From assembly GCA_964416985.1 (NCBI GenBank), contig CAYQFS010000002.1, forward strand, positions 1 to 55,154: a stretch of 55,154 bases of DNA, given 5' to 3'. Origin of the DNA: an uncultured Candidatus Saccharibacteria bacterium (lineage in GTDB: Bacteria > Patescibacteriota > Minisyncoccia > Phycocordibacterales > PALSA-1337). Shown here in pieces: positions 28,984 through 38,271 of the stretch. The notes beneath the pieces are model-generated. The model saw only the letters and a program-made list of their open reading frames with translations. It did not search any database and had not been told where the DNA came from. The position numbers were made by a program, and so were the translations under genes. Within the stretch, counting starts at the first letter, position 1. Each line of letters begins with the position of its first letter.

Positions 28984-30030
28984 ATGGCATCTACAACATT
29001 CAAACCAAAGCAGTCTATCAAGCGCCTTCTCTCGGTTCTTCCTGATCGTGCCCGTGACGTGCTTGTGAGCCGATATGGTCTTGGAAAAAATACTGAAAAA
29101 ATGACACTTGATGCCATTGGAAAACTCTACGGAATTACCCGAGAGCGAGTTCGACAGATCGAAAATTACGCCATCGCTAACATTCGAAAGTCAGATGCTT
29201 ACAAAGCAGAAAGAGCTGCCTTTTCTGAGCTCGAGGATCTCATACACTCTCTCGGAGGGATTGTTGTTGAGGATGATTTTCTTGGACATGTTTCAAAGGA
29301 CAAGTCACTCCAGAATCACATTAACTTTCTTCTCGTAGTTGGTGATATCTTTAAGAAAAAGAAGGAAGACGAAGAGTTCAAGCATCGATGGCATGTAAAT
29401 GAGGAGCTTGCGAAGCAGGTTGAGGCTTCTCTTCAGAAACTTTATACAGGTCTTACCGACCAGGATCTTTTGCCTGAATCAGAAATGGTTGGAAAGTTCC
29501 TCGAACACCTCGAAGATGTTTCAGAAAAATACAAAAATCAGGAAGTTGTTCGACGATGGCTCTCTCTTTCAAAGAAAATAGGAAAAAATGCAATTGGTGA
29601 ATGGGGAGTTGCTCATTCTTCAAACGTAAAAACAAAGGGTATGAGAGACTATGCCTTCCTCGTCATTCGAAAGCATGGTTCACCTATCCATTTCCGAGAA
29701 GTTGCAAAGCAGATCTCGCAGGTTTTCAAAAAGAAGGCCCATGTCGCTACAACTCACAATGAACTCATCAAGGATCCTCGATTTGTACTCGTTGGACGTG
29801 GACTTTATGCTCTTGCAGAATGGGGATACATGTCAGGAGTAGTGAAGGACGTTATAAAGAAAATTCTCGAAAAGAGTGGACCTCTCACAAAGGATGAGAT
29901 CGTTGCAAAGGTTTTGAAGGAGCGATACGTCAAGGAAAACACCATCATGGTCAATCTCCAGAACCAGAAATACTTCAAGAAAGACAAGGAGGGAAGATAC
30001 AGCGCCATCTCACAGGCAGTTACAGCATAA
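28984..30030 (+). CDS. sigma70 region-4 HTH plus C-terminal winged-HTH (RNAP delta/HARE-like) protein
   Basis: LSVLPDRARDVL..RYGL...TLDAIG..YGITRERVRQIE; C-terminal PIHFREVA...HNELIKDPRFVLVGRGLYAL. Confidence 0.75.
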   Translation: MASTTFKPKQSIKRLLSVLPDRARDVLVSRYGLGKNTEKMTLDAIGKLYGITRERVRQIENYAIANIRKSDAYKAERAAFSELEDLIHSLGGIVVEDDFLGHVSKDKSLQNHINFLLVVGDIFKKKKEDEEFKHRWHVNEELAKQVEASLQKLYTGLTDQDLLPESEMVGKFLEHLEDVSEKYKNQEVVRRWLSLSKKIGKNAIGEWGVAHSSNVKTKGMRDYAFLVIRKHGSPIHFREVAKQISQVFKKKAHVATTHNELIKDPRFVLVGRGLYALAEWGYMSGVVKDVIKKILEKSGPLTKDEIVAKVLKERYVKENTIMVNLQNQKYFKKDKEGRYSAISQAVTA

Positions 30031-30057
30031 AAAACTTCTGGTATACTGTAGGGGTAT

Positions 30058-31332
30058 ATGATCATATTCGGAGAATATTTTCCCCAGCTCTACGAACAGT
30101 TTCACTCTGCTCTTCTTCCCGATGTTCTAAGTATCCTCATCACGGTGGCATTTCCTGTGCTAGCCTTTATTCTCGGTTCAATCTTTTTTCCTCTGTGGGT
30201 TGATTATGTTCGAGGTCGTAATTTTCTTTCGATAAAGTACACAGTCCTCGAAATCAGGCTTCCCAAGGAGACAACAAAATCTCCTCTCGCTATGGAACTT
30301 TTTTTACATTCCATCCACAATACATCCGATGGAAGTAAATTCAAGCAATTCTGGCTCGGAGAAACAAGACCTTGGTACTCTCTCGAACTTGTGTCGTTCG
30401 CTGGACAGGTTAAATTTATGATTTGGACAGAGGACCGAAGAAAAATCACGCTTATGAGTGCACTCTACGCTCAGTATCCAGGGATCGAAATCCATGAAGT
30501 CGAGGATTACACAAAAGGTGTTTTCTATGATGGAAGTATCCATAAAATATGGTCAACTGAATTTGAATTTACTAAGCCTGATCCGTACCCAATCAAAACA
30601 TACGTTGATTATGCCCTCGACAAGGATCCAAAGGAGGAATACAAAGTCGATCCTCTCGTTCCGGTTCTCGAATACCTTGGAAGCGTAGGTCCAAATCAGA
30701 TTGTCTGGATGCAGTTTATTATTCGCGCACATGTTCCTGAGCAATTTAAACCAGGGCATTGGTTTGCAAGGACAGACGCATGGAAGGATGCAGCTATTAA
30801 AGAGGTCAATAAAATCCTCATGCGCGATTCAAAATCAAAGATTGCCGGGATAACAGCTGAGAATCCAGAAGGAACTCGAGTTACTATTAGTCCTGGTGAG
30901 CAGGAGGTGGTCAAGGCACTCGAGAGGAGTATTTCGAAGTTGCCGTTTGATGTTTGTATTCGCTGCATGTACATGGCGAAGAAGGATATTTTTGATACGC
31001 CGTTCGGAATTGGGGGAATCATCGGTGGCATGAAGCATTTTTCTTCTGAACATCTCAATGGATTTAAACCGGCAAAAAGATGGACGTCGAAGCTCGATTC
31101 CCCGTGGCATGATTACAATAATATCCGTCGAAACAGGATCTCGAAAGATTTTTTGATGGCCTACAAGCTTCGCTCGGCTTTTTATAGTCCCTATGCTGAC
31201 AGCAAGATTCTCGTCATGAATACCGAGGAGCTTGCGACGATGTATCATTTCCCTGGTTCTACAGCTGGAACGCCAACTCTCACACGTGTTCCTTCAAAGA
31301 AGAGCCAGGCTCCAGCCAATCTTCCTATCTAG
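30058..31332 (+). CDS. conserved hypothetical protein with N-terminal TM
   Basis: 424 aa, YSLELVS, ALYAQYP, NTEELATMYHFP motifs recalled from CPR proteins. Confidence 0.7.
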   Translation: MIIFGEYFPQLYEQFHSALLPDVLSILITVAFPVLAFILGSIFFPLWVDYVRGRNFLSIKYTVLEIRLPKETTKSPLAMELFLHSIHNTSDGSKFKQFWLGETRPWYSLELVSFAGQVKFMIWTEDRRKITLMSALYAQYPGIEIHEVEDYTKGVFYDGSIHKIWSTEFEFTKPDPYPIKTYVDYALDKDPKEEYKVDPLVPVLEYLGSVGPNQIVWMQFIIRAHVPEQFKPGHWFARTDAWKDAAIKEVNKILMRDSKSKIAGITAENPEGTRVTISPGEQEVVKALERSISKLPFDVCIRCMYMAKKDIFDTPFGIGGIIGGMKHFSSEHLNGFKPAKRWTSKLDSPWHDYNNIRRNRISKDFLMAYKLRSAFYSPYADSKILVMNTEELATMYHFPGSTAGTPTLTRVPSKKSQAPANLPI

Positions 31333-31347
31333 TTCTCACACTCTTAT

Positions 31348-32304
31348 ATGCGGATTACCCGAAAGAAATACAGTTACGCGGTCGTCACTCTTTCTGTTTC
31401 TATCTTTTTAATTCTCCTCGGTCTTGCATCGAGAGCGCCATACGGTTTTCCTAAGGAATCGTTTGATGTTCACATTGCAAAGAATTCCTCGCTTTCAAGC
31501 CTGACAAAGGATCTAGTTTCTAAAAAAGTAATTTTATCGCCGTTTCTTTTTAAGGTTGCAGTCGTACTATTTGGTGGTCAGGGTGGAGTAAAGAGCGGGG
31601 ATTATCGTTTTCATAAGCCTCAGACAGTTTGGACTGTGGCATACCGAGTTGTCCACGCAGATCAGGGCCAGCCAAAAGTGAGTGTCACCATCCCTGAAGG
31701 TACAAATGTTTCCGACATGGCATTTATCCTCATGAAGCAGCTTACTGATTTTAATGCTCCTCGTTTTGTTTCCCTCGCAGCAAAATATGAGGGCTATCTT
31801 TTCCCTGATACATATTTCTTTTTGGCAAATGCTGATTCAGAAGAAGTTATACGGACTATGCGATCCCGTTTTGATGAAAAAATAAAGACAGCTGATGCTC
31901 AAATTAAATCATTCAGGAAGCCTTTGAAAGATGTGATTATTATGGCCTCGATTGTTGAAAAAGAAACGTACAATGACGAGACTCGAAGAATTGTCGCAGG
32001 GATTCTTTGGAAACGTCTCGAAAAGGGAATGGCTCTTCAAGTTGATGCACCATTTTATTATATTACCGGAAAAGCAGGAAATTTTTCTCAGGCAGACTTG
32101 AAAATTGATTCTCCCTACAACACCTACAAATATGCCGGTCTTCCAAAGGGGCCCATTTCAAACCCTGGCCTCTCAACAATTATCGATACTGTGATGCCGA
32201 TGCAGACGCCATACTGGTTCTATTTGACTGATAAAAAGGGAGAGATGAGGTTTGCGGAGACATACGAAGGTCATTTGGCGAATATTAATAAGTATTTAAG
32301 GTAA
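31348..32304 (+). CDS. mltG: endolytic transglycosylase MltG
   Basis: TIPEG, EGYLFPDTY, MASIVEKE, SPYNTY..GLP.GPISNPG. Confidence 0.95.
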   Translation: MRITRKKYSYAVVTLSVSIFLILLGLASRAPYGFPKESFDVHIAKNSSLSSLTKDLVSKKVILSPFLFKVAVVLFGGQGGVKSGDYRFHKPQTVWTVAYRVVHADQGQPKVSVTIPEGTNVSDMAFILMKQLTDFNAPRFVSLAAKYEGYLFPDTYFFLANADSEEVIRTMRSRFDEKIKTADAQIKSFRKPLKDVIIMASIVEKETYNDETRRIVAGILWKRLEKGMALQVDAPFYYITGKAGNFSQADLKIDSPYNTYKYAGLPKGPISNPGLSTIIDTVMPMQTPYWFYLTDKKGEMRFAETYEGHLANINKYLR

Positions 32305-32413
32305 TGTAAGCACAAGGGGGCAGTATAGTTTAATTTGAGGCACTTCAGCTAACTGTAGTGCTCAAAAAAGAAAGCCGGACGCGGGGTCCGGCTTTGTGCG
32401 AGGGGAGAAAGGA

Positions 32414-32632
32414 TTATTTCTCTATAAATTCCTTGCTTTGATTAGATTTGTCTTGCAAATCGGCCTTCTTCATGTGCGGCCTTAAAAAGGCCAGACCCGC
32501 CAGAGATATCGCCATGAGCAAAAGGGCGACAGTTGTCTTTTTTCGTGACGCAGAAAGTATACAGAAAATTAATGACATCAGGAACACCGCAGAGCAAGTC
32601 GCAGAGAGGTTGGCAGCATTTATCGAATTCAT
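32414..32632 (-). CDS. small membrane protein
   Basis: 72 aa, 2 TM, terminator AAAGCCGGAC/GTCCGGCTTT downstream (about 32368-32396). Confidence 0.5.
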   Translation of the reverse strand: MNSINAANLSATCSAVFLMSLIFCILSASRKKTTVALLLMAISLAGLAFLRPHMKKADLQDKSNQSKEFIEK

Positions 32633-32706
32633 GATTAATAATGGGAAGAAGTTCTTGTCGATGAGCGTTATTGCTCAAATTCAAATTTAGTTATATAGTA
32701 GATTAT

Positions 32707-33792
32707 ATGAAAAGTCAAGGCTTGGCAAGAGGGATGGGAAAGAAAGTCTACATCGGCATGTCGGGCGGAGTTGATAGCTCTGTCTCTGCTGCTTTGCTCA
32801 AAAAAGAAGGGTACGATGTTACTGGAGTTTTTATAAAAGTTTGGCAGCCAGATTGGATCAATTGCACATGGAAAGAAGATAGACTTGATGCAATGCGGGT
32901 AGCTGCTCAGCTTGGAATTCCATTCGTAACTCTTGACCTTGAAAGAGAATATAAAGAAGAGGTCGTCGACTATATGATTCGAGAATATAAACTCGGAAGA
33001 ACCCCCAACCCAGACGTGATGTGCAATCGTTTTGTGAAGTTCGGCGGGTTTTGGAGCTGGGCCATGAAACAAGGTGCAGATTTTGTTGCGACTGGGCACT
33101 ATGCTCAAGTACAAAAGAATGATAAAGGTTTATACGAGCTTATTGCCGGAAATGATTCAAACAAGGATCAGTCGTATTTTCTATGGACCCTGACACAGGA
33201 GCAGCTTTCAAAAACACTTTTTCCTGTGGGAAATATTGAAAAACCTGAGGTCCGTGAACTTGCAAGGAAATTTAATTTACCGACTGCAGAAAAAAAAGAC
33301 AGTCAAGGACTTTGCTTCATCGGAAAGATCGATGTGAAAGAATTTCTTTCGCACTACATTGACCTGAAAAAGGGAAATGTACTCAATGAAAAGGGAGAAA
33401 TAATCGGGGAACACGACGGAGCATTTTTTTATACAGTCGGGGAACGTCACGGCTTTACCATTACAAAAAAATCACCAAACGATAAGCCACACTACGTTAT
33501 CTCGAAAGACATTGATGCAAACACGATAACTGTTTCATGTAAATTGGTTGATGGAAGTTTTCCGAATGCTCAGACTGAGGTCTCTCTACGAGAGATAAAT
33601 TGGAATCAGGGGAAAATTCCAAAAGGAAATAACCTCTATGTCCGATCACGATACCGAGAGCCCTTACAGAAGATAGTAAAAATTAACGAAAAATTCGTTA
33701 ATTTTGAAAACCCACAATCAACACTGTCTCCTGGGCAATCTCTAGTTGTTTATGACGGTGACATTTGTCTAGGGGGTGGGATTATAGAGTAG
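32707..33792 (+). CDS. mnmA: tRNA 2-thiouridine(34) synthase MnmA
   Basis: SGGVDSS, NPDVMCN, ATGHYA, KDQSYFL, DSQGLCF, PGQS. Confidence 0.97.
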   Translation: MKSQGLARGMGKKVYIGMSGGVDSSVSAALLKKEGYDVTGVFIKVWQPDWINCTWKEDRLDAMRVAAQLGIPFVTLDLEREYKEEVVDYMIREYKLGRTPNPDVMCNRFVKFGGFWSWAMKQGADFVATGHYAQVQKNDKGLYELIAGNDSNKDQSYFLWTLTQEQLSKTLFPVGNIEKPEVRELARKFNLPTAEKKDSQGLCFIGKIDVKEFLSHYIDLKKGNVLNEKGEIIGEHDGAFFYTVGERHGFTITKKSPNDKPHYVISKDIDANTITVSCKLVDGSFPNAQTEVSLREINWNQGKIPKGNNLYVRSRYREPLQKIVKINEKFVNFENPQSTLSPGQSLVVYDGDICLGGGIIE

Positions 33793-33825
33793 CCCCATGC
33801 TATACTATTTCCAATACCAATAACC

Positions 33826-34665
33826 ATGAACCACCTCATAACCATTACCAAGGCTGATGGAACAAAGGAGCTTTTTGAGGAGCAGAAACTGGCTGATTCT
33901 CTTTTAAATGCTGGTGGAAATCCTGAAATTGTAGAAAGTATAGTAGGCCTTGTTGAAAAGGAGATGAGGGATGGGATGCCGACAAGCGAGATTTATTCGA
34001 GGGCATTCAAGCTACTTCGGGAACACTCAATGCCTCTCGCAGTCAAATATTCCCTCCGCAGAGCACTCTCAGAACTCGGGCCGGATGGATTTCCATTTGA
34101 AAAGTACGTGGCGAGAATTTTTCAGTCAAAAGGATACGAGACTCTTACAGACCAGATGGTTCTCGGAGCATGCGTACCTCACGAGGTTGATGTTGTTGCC
34201 TGGAACAATGAAAAGCTTATAATGGTCGAAGCGAAGTTTCATAATGAATTTGGTCTCAAGTCAGATCTCAAGGTAGCACTCTACATCAAGGCGCGCTTTG
34301 ACGATCTTAGAGGCAATATGTTTTCATACGGAGGATTTAAAAGAAAACTTGATGAAGGCTGGCTTGTAACAAATACAAAATTTACGGACCAGGCAATTCG
34401 CTACGGAGAATGCCAGGGAATAAAGATGATCGGATGGAATTATCCCAAAAAAGGCAACCTCCAAGATATAATCGAGGAATTGCGCCTCCATCCATTTACC
34501 TGCCTTGCATCTCTTTCAAATGTTCACAAGAAAAATCTCCTAGCAAAGGGCGTGGTGCTCTGTAGCGATCTCGTGAGTCACCCGGAATACCTAAAAGAAA
34601 TCAAAATGAGTCCTGAGGAATCTACGAAGGTTCTAGAAGAAATAAAAATGGTAAGCGGTATCTAA
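33826..34665 (+). CDS. ATP-cone plus PD-(D/E)xK (Mrr-like) nuclease domain protein
   Basis: N-terminal ITKADGTKELFEEQKL ATP-cone; GFPFEKYVARIF, EVDVVA...VEAK. Confidence 0.8.
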   Translation: MNHLITITKADGTKELFEEQKLADSLLNAGGNPEIVESIVGLVEKEMRDGMPTSEIYSRAFKLLREHSMPLAVKYSLRRALSELGPDGFPFEKYVARIFQSKGYETLTDQMVLGACVPHEVDVVAWNNEKLIMVEAKFHNEFGLKSDLKVALYIKARFDDLRGNMFSYGGFKRKLDEGWLVTNTKFTDQAIRYGECQGIKMIGWNYPKKGNLQDIIEELRLHPFTCLASLSNVHKKNLLAKGVVLCSDLVSHPEYLKEIKMSPEESTKVLEEIKMVSGI

Positions 34666-34685
34666 TTTCCAAATTAAAAAATATC

Positions 34686-35276
34686 ATGGCAAAAATAGAT
34701 GAGATGGAAAAAATAAAGAATGAAGTTTGGAACCTCAAAAAATCTCCTCTCTATGCCTACCGCACCGAGAACAATTATTTCCCTGTAATTGGTGAAGGAA
34801 GCCACAATGCAAACATTATGTTTGTCGGGGAAGCTCCCGGAAAAAATGAGGCGAAAACAGGCCGGCCATTTTGTGGTGCTGCAGGAAAAATTCTTGATGA
34901 ACTTCTTGCTACTGTAATAATTGACCGGAAAAACGTCTATATAACTAACATTGTAAAGGACAGACCACAAATGAACCGCGATCCACTTCCCGAGGAAATA
35001 GAGGTCTATGGACCATTCCTTGATCGGCAGATAGAAATTATCAAGCCGAAAGTGATTGCTACTCTTGGTCGCTATGCAATGGGATACATCATGAAGAAGT
35101 TTGGGCTCGATCTCGAGCTTGAACCGATAGGGAAGGCTCATGGGAAGGTGTATACAGCACAAGCATCCTACGGCCCTATTGAAATAGTGACTCTCTACCA
35201 TCCGTGCGTTGCAATCTATAACAGAAGCACGCTCGATACCCTGAAAAAGGATTTTGAGGTACTGCGAGGGCATTAA
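34686..35276 (+). CDS. uracil-DNA glycosylase, family 4-like
   Basis: VIGEG, GEAPG..E...GRPF, YITNIVK.RP..NRDP, LYHP. Confidence 0.92.
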   Translation: MAKIDEMEKIKNEVWNLKKSPLYAYRTENNYFPVIGEGSHNANIMFVGEAPGKNEAKTGRPFCGAAGKILDELLATVIIDRKNVYITNIVKDRPQMNRDPLPEEIEVYGPFLDRQIEIIKPKVIATLGRYAMGYIMKKFGLDLELEPIGKAHGKVYTAQASYGPIEIVTLYHPCVAIYNRSTLDTLKKDFEVLRGH

Positions 35277-35288
35277 TTAAAAACTATC

Positions 35289-35855
35289 ATGAACGCCAAT
35301 AAAGATGTATCGATTGAATATGCTCACATCTACACCAACAACAAGATTGGCGAAGAACATGAACTTTCACTTGAAATTTTAAGTACGCTCTACAAGCAGG
35401 AGGAGGACAGGGAGCACACGATTTCCCTCGTTGTTCTGATTGATGACTATGCCTTCCCTGATTCATCATTTGATTACGATACATTTTCTGGATGGCTTCA
35501 GGAAATGGGATTTACTCCCGATGTCATGCTCAGAGAGTCACAGCTTGTCTCGCTTGCAGAGGAGGTACGCTGGCTTATTAGAGATGACGAACTCCGGGAT
35601 AAGATCTCGGATTTTATTAAAACAAAAAAGTATCCGTGCTCGCTTCTCACGGCCGCCTGGTATCTCTTGAGACTTGGCTACCTCTCATCACCACTTTTTG
35701 ACACACGATATATCTCCCGCGGCCTCATTAACATTCTTCCTCTTGATTTCAAGCCCTACGAAGAAAAAGCACTCGAGATTATTCGCTCAACAAAGTTCTC
35801 TCAGGCGGCAAACCAGATTCAGTATCGGTATTTTGAAGGAAGGCTTGTAGCCTGA
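35289..35855 (+). CDS. hypothetical protein, possibly SCO2522-like
   Basis: motifs SIEYAHIY, LIDDY, LRES, CSLLTAAWYLLRLG, INILP. Confidence 0.6.
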   Translation: MNANKDVSIEYAHIYTNNKIGEEHELSLEILSTLYKQEEDREHTISLVVLIDDYAFPDSSFDYDTFSGWLQEMGFTPDVMLRESQLVSLAEEVRWLIRDDELRDKISDFIKTKKYPCSLLTAAWYLLRLGYLSSPLFDTRYISRGLINILPLDFKPYEEKALEIIRSTKFSQAANQIQYRYFEGRLVA

Positions 35856-35868
35856 TATACTTGCCGAT

Positions 35869-37695
35869 ATGAAAAGATCACAGAAAAAGTTTGCGACGGC
35901 CACGAAGCTCCTTGACTATCTAAACGATACATACTACAAACTCCACGAGGATTTTGAAAAAAATTTTTGGATTTCCTATATGGGGGATCATAGTGTCGAT
36001 GCAGAGATGAACAGGGCCGAATCCGCCCGGGATTCTTTTAGTGCTGACACCTTTCTAGCGGCAGTGGTCGCAGCTTTCATTAAAACATCAAGAGGAAATA
36101 TTAAAGACCGGCTTCTTGTCTGGAAAAGATATTTTGATGCCTGGCAGGTTCCTCCGGAGGCACTGAAACTCAAAGAAAAAATTGCTGATCTTGAGGCGAA
36201 AATAATGAAAATCCAAACAAAAAGAAAGGAGGGTTATATCGACCCTTCAACAGGAAAGTTTGTTGAAGCTTCTGAGAACAAAATGAGGACAATTATGAGA
36301 ACTCATCCTGACGAAGCAGTTCGAAAAGCTTGTTTTGAAAGCATGGAAAAACTCCCCTACAATACTATCAATGAATACGTCGAGGTTCTTAAACTACGAA
36401 ATCAGTTTGCACAGATGACCGGCTACAAGGATTTTTACGATTATAAACTACAGACAGTTGAGGGAATGACAAAGAAAGAAGTTTTTTCTATTTTTAATCA
36501 AATTTACGAGAAAACGAAATACGCCTTCAAGAATATTGAGAAACTTGAAAAAGAGAAACCTGGCCTCAGAAAGCCGTGGAATTTTGGCTACATGCTTGCG
36601 GGGAATTTTACCAAGGAGGAGGATCCGTATTTTCAGTTTGAGGATGCTCTCATGTACTGGGGAAAATCGTTTATGGCTCTCGGCGTGAAATTTAGAAAGG
36701 GAACTCTCACTCTCGATCTCGTCGACAGGAAGGGAAAATACAATAACGGTTTCTGCCACGCTCCTGCGCCAGTTTTTTATAAAAATGGGAAACGCATTCC
36801 AGGAAGGAGTAATTTCACCTGCAATGCTGTTCCGGGCCAGGTTGGTTCCGGAGTCCAGGCAATTAACACCCTTTTTCACGAAGGAGGGCATGCTGCGCAG
36901 TTTTCAAATGTCGATGAAAAGGAGGTCTGTCTCAATCATGAATATGCACCAATGACTGTGTCCTGGGCAGAGACTCAGAGCATGTTTATGGATGATATTT
37001 CAAGCAGTATTGAATGGAAAATGAGGTACGCAAAGTCAAAAGATGGAAGACCCTACCCCTTCGAGCTCTATGAAAGGAAGGTCAGAGCTCTTCATGTCAT
37101 TCGCCCTCTCGAGATGATGCATATGTGTAGAATTATTTTCTTTGAAAAGGCCATCTATGAAGCAAAAGACATCACTCCTGAATTTGTTATGGAAACCGCG
37201 AGAAAAACCCTCGAGAAATACATGTGTTTCTCAGAAGAATCTCTTTCTATCTTAAATACTCCCCATATTTATTCATGGAATAGTTCTGCCTACTATCATG
37301 GCTACGGTCTTGCTCAGCTTGGTGTCGAGCAGTGGAAGGAATATTTTTTCAAAAAGTACGGATACATCGTGGATAACCCAAATATTGGAAAAGAAATGCA
37401 AGAAATTTGGAAATTCGGCTCTCGATACTCAGTCAATAAATTTATGAAAATGGCGACTGGGAAAAAATTGAGCCCCAATGCCTTTATTAAAGACGCAACA
37501 ATGCCACTCCCGAAGATTCTGAGGCAAGCAAAGACGAGGATTGCTCGGCTCGAGAAAGTCCCTCGTTCCTCAAAGTTGGTTGATCTCGACGTTTCAATCT
37601 TTCTTGTTCATGGTAAAATGAAGATCTCAGACAATTCTAAGAGTTTCGAAGACATGGATGCAAAATACCGAAAGTGGCTTGCCAAGCTTAGTTAA
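35869..37695 (+). CDS. M3-family metallo-oligopeptidase
   Basis: HEGGH zinc motif, downstream WAETQS glutamate, YYHGY. Confidence 0.85.
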   Translation: MKRSQKKFATATKLLDYLNDTYYKLHEDFEKNFWISYMGDHSVDAEMNRAESARDSFSADTFLAAVVAAFIKTSRGNIKDRLLVWKRYFDAWQVPPEALKLKEKIADLEAKIMKIQTKRKEGYIDPSTGKFVEASENKMRTIMRTHPDEAVRKACFESMEKLPYNTINEYVEVLKLRNQFAQMTGYKDFYDYKLQTVEGMTKKEVFSIFNQIYEKTKYAFKNIEKLEKEKPGLRKPWNFGYMLAGNFTKEEDPYFQFEDALMYWGKSFMALGVKFRKGTLTLDLVDRKGKYNNGFCHAPAPVFYKNGKRIPGRSNFTCNAVPGQVGSGVQAINTLFHEGGHAAQFSNVDEKEVCLNHEYAPMTVSWAETQSMFMDDISSSIEWKMRYAKSKDGRPYPFELYERKVRALHVIRPLEMMHMCRIIFFEKAIYEAKDITPEFVMETARKTLEKYMCFSEESLSILNTPHIYSWNSSAYYHGYGLAQLGVEQWKEYFFKKYGYIVDNPNIGKEMQEIWKFGSRYSVNKFMKMATGKKLSPNAFIKDATMPLPKILRQAKTRIARLEKVPRSSKLVDLDVSIFLVHGKMKISDNSKSFEDMDAKYRKWLAKLS

Positions 37696-37706
37696 TTAAA
37701 CCCTCA

Positions 37707-38003
37707 ATGATAAATCCTCAAATAGTTGATTATATACGAACACAATTGCGTCAGGGCGCGACAAAGGAAAGCATCTTGACCTCTATGACCGCAGGCGGAT
37801 GGAACGCCACTGATGTCGAAGCTGCTTTTGGGGAGGCAACCAAGGGCTTCGAACAGATCAAATCATCTCAATCCTTCGCCCCAGTTCTACAGAAAGAGGA
37901 GGGGCATCCTATACTTAAAGTGATTGGGGTTATTATACTTCTCGTCATAATTATTCTCTGCGTTCTATTTTTCATTGGTTCGGCAGAAGCTCCACTACTC
38001 TAA
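37707..38003 (+). CDS. hypothetical membrane-anchored protein
   Basis: N-terminal helical module (IVDYIRTQLRQG...GW...DVEAAF) plus C-terminal TM. Confidence 0.7.
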   Translation: MINPQIVDYIRTQLRQGATKESILTSMTAGGWNATDVEAAFGEATKGFEQIKSSQSFAPVLQKEEGHPILKVIGVIILLVIIILCVLFFIGSAEAPLL

Positions 38004-38080
38004 TCAATTGACATATTTCTATATAATAGTATTGTATAGCGAGACGCACCAATAGTAACTCGGTCAACCAAACCAAACTT

Positions 38081-38194
38081 ATGTTCATTGGAGTTCTTCT
38101 TATTGTGGTCGCAGTAGTCATTGCACCCTTTCTCATCTTCGTTCTTCACCCATCCTGGAGGCATGGGGCTTCTCGAAGGTTCAGTGGTGAGTAA
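38081..38194 (+). CDS. putative 37-aa single-TM peptide
   Basis: MFIGVLLIVVAVVIAPFLIFVLHPSWRHGASRRFSGE, AAACCAAACTTATG context, strong terminator downstream. Confidence 0.55.
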   Translation: MFIGVLLIVVAVVIAPFLIFVLHPSWRHGASRRFSGE

Positions 38195-38217
38195 TCGCAA
38201 AATCAATCACCCCTCAG

Positions 38218-38256
38218 AATCCGCCACACGGCTCACGTGGCGGATTTCTTTTTTTA
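38218..38256 (+). terminator. intrinsic terminator
   Basis: perfect 10-bp stem AATCCGCCAC/GTGGCGGATT plus T-tract. Confidence 0.75.
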
Positions 38257-38271
38257 TGCTAAACTCCTTGC

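Noticed and set aside
32333-32364. CIRCE-like inverted repeat (GCACT...AGTGC)
   Set aside because: The spacer is 12 nt rather than 11, the flanks mismatch, and it lies between convergent genes, not before a chaperone.
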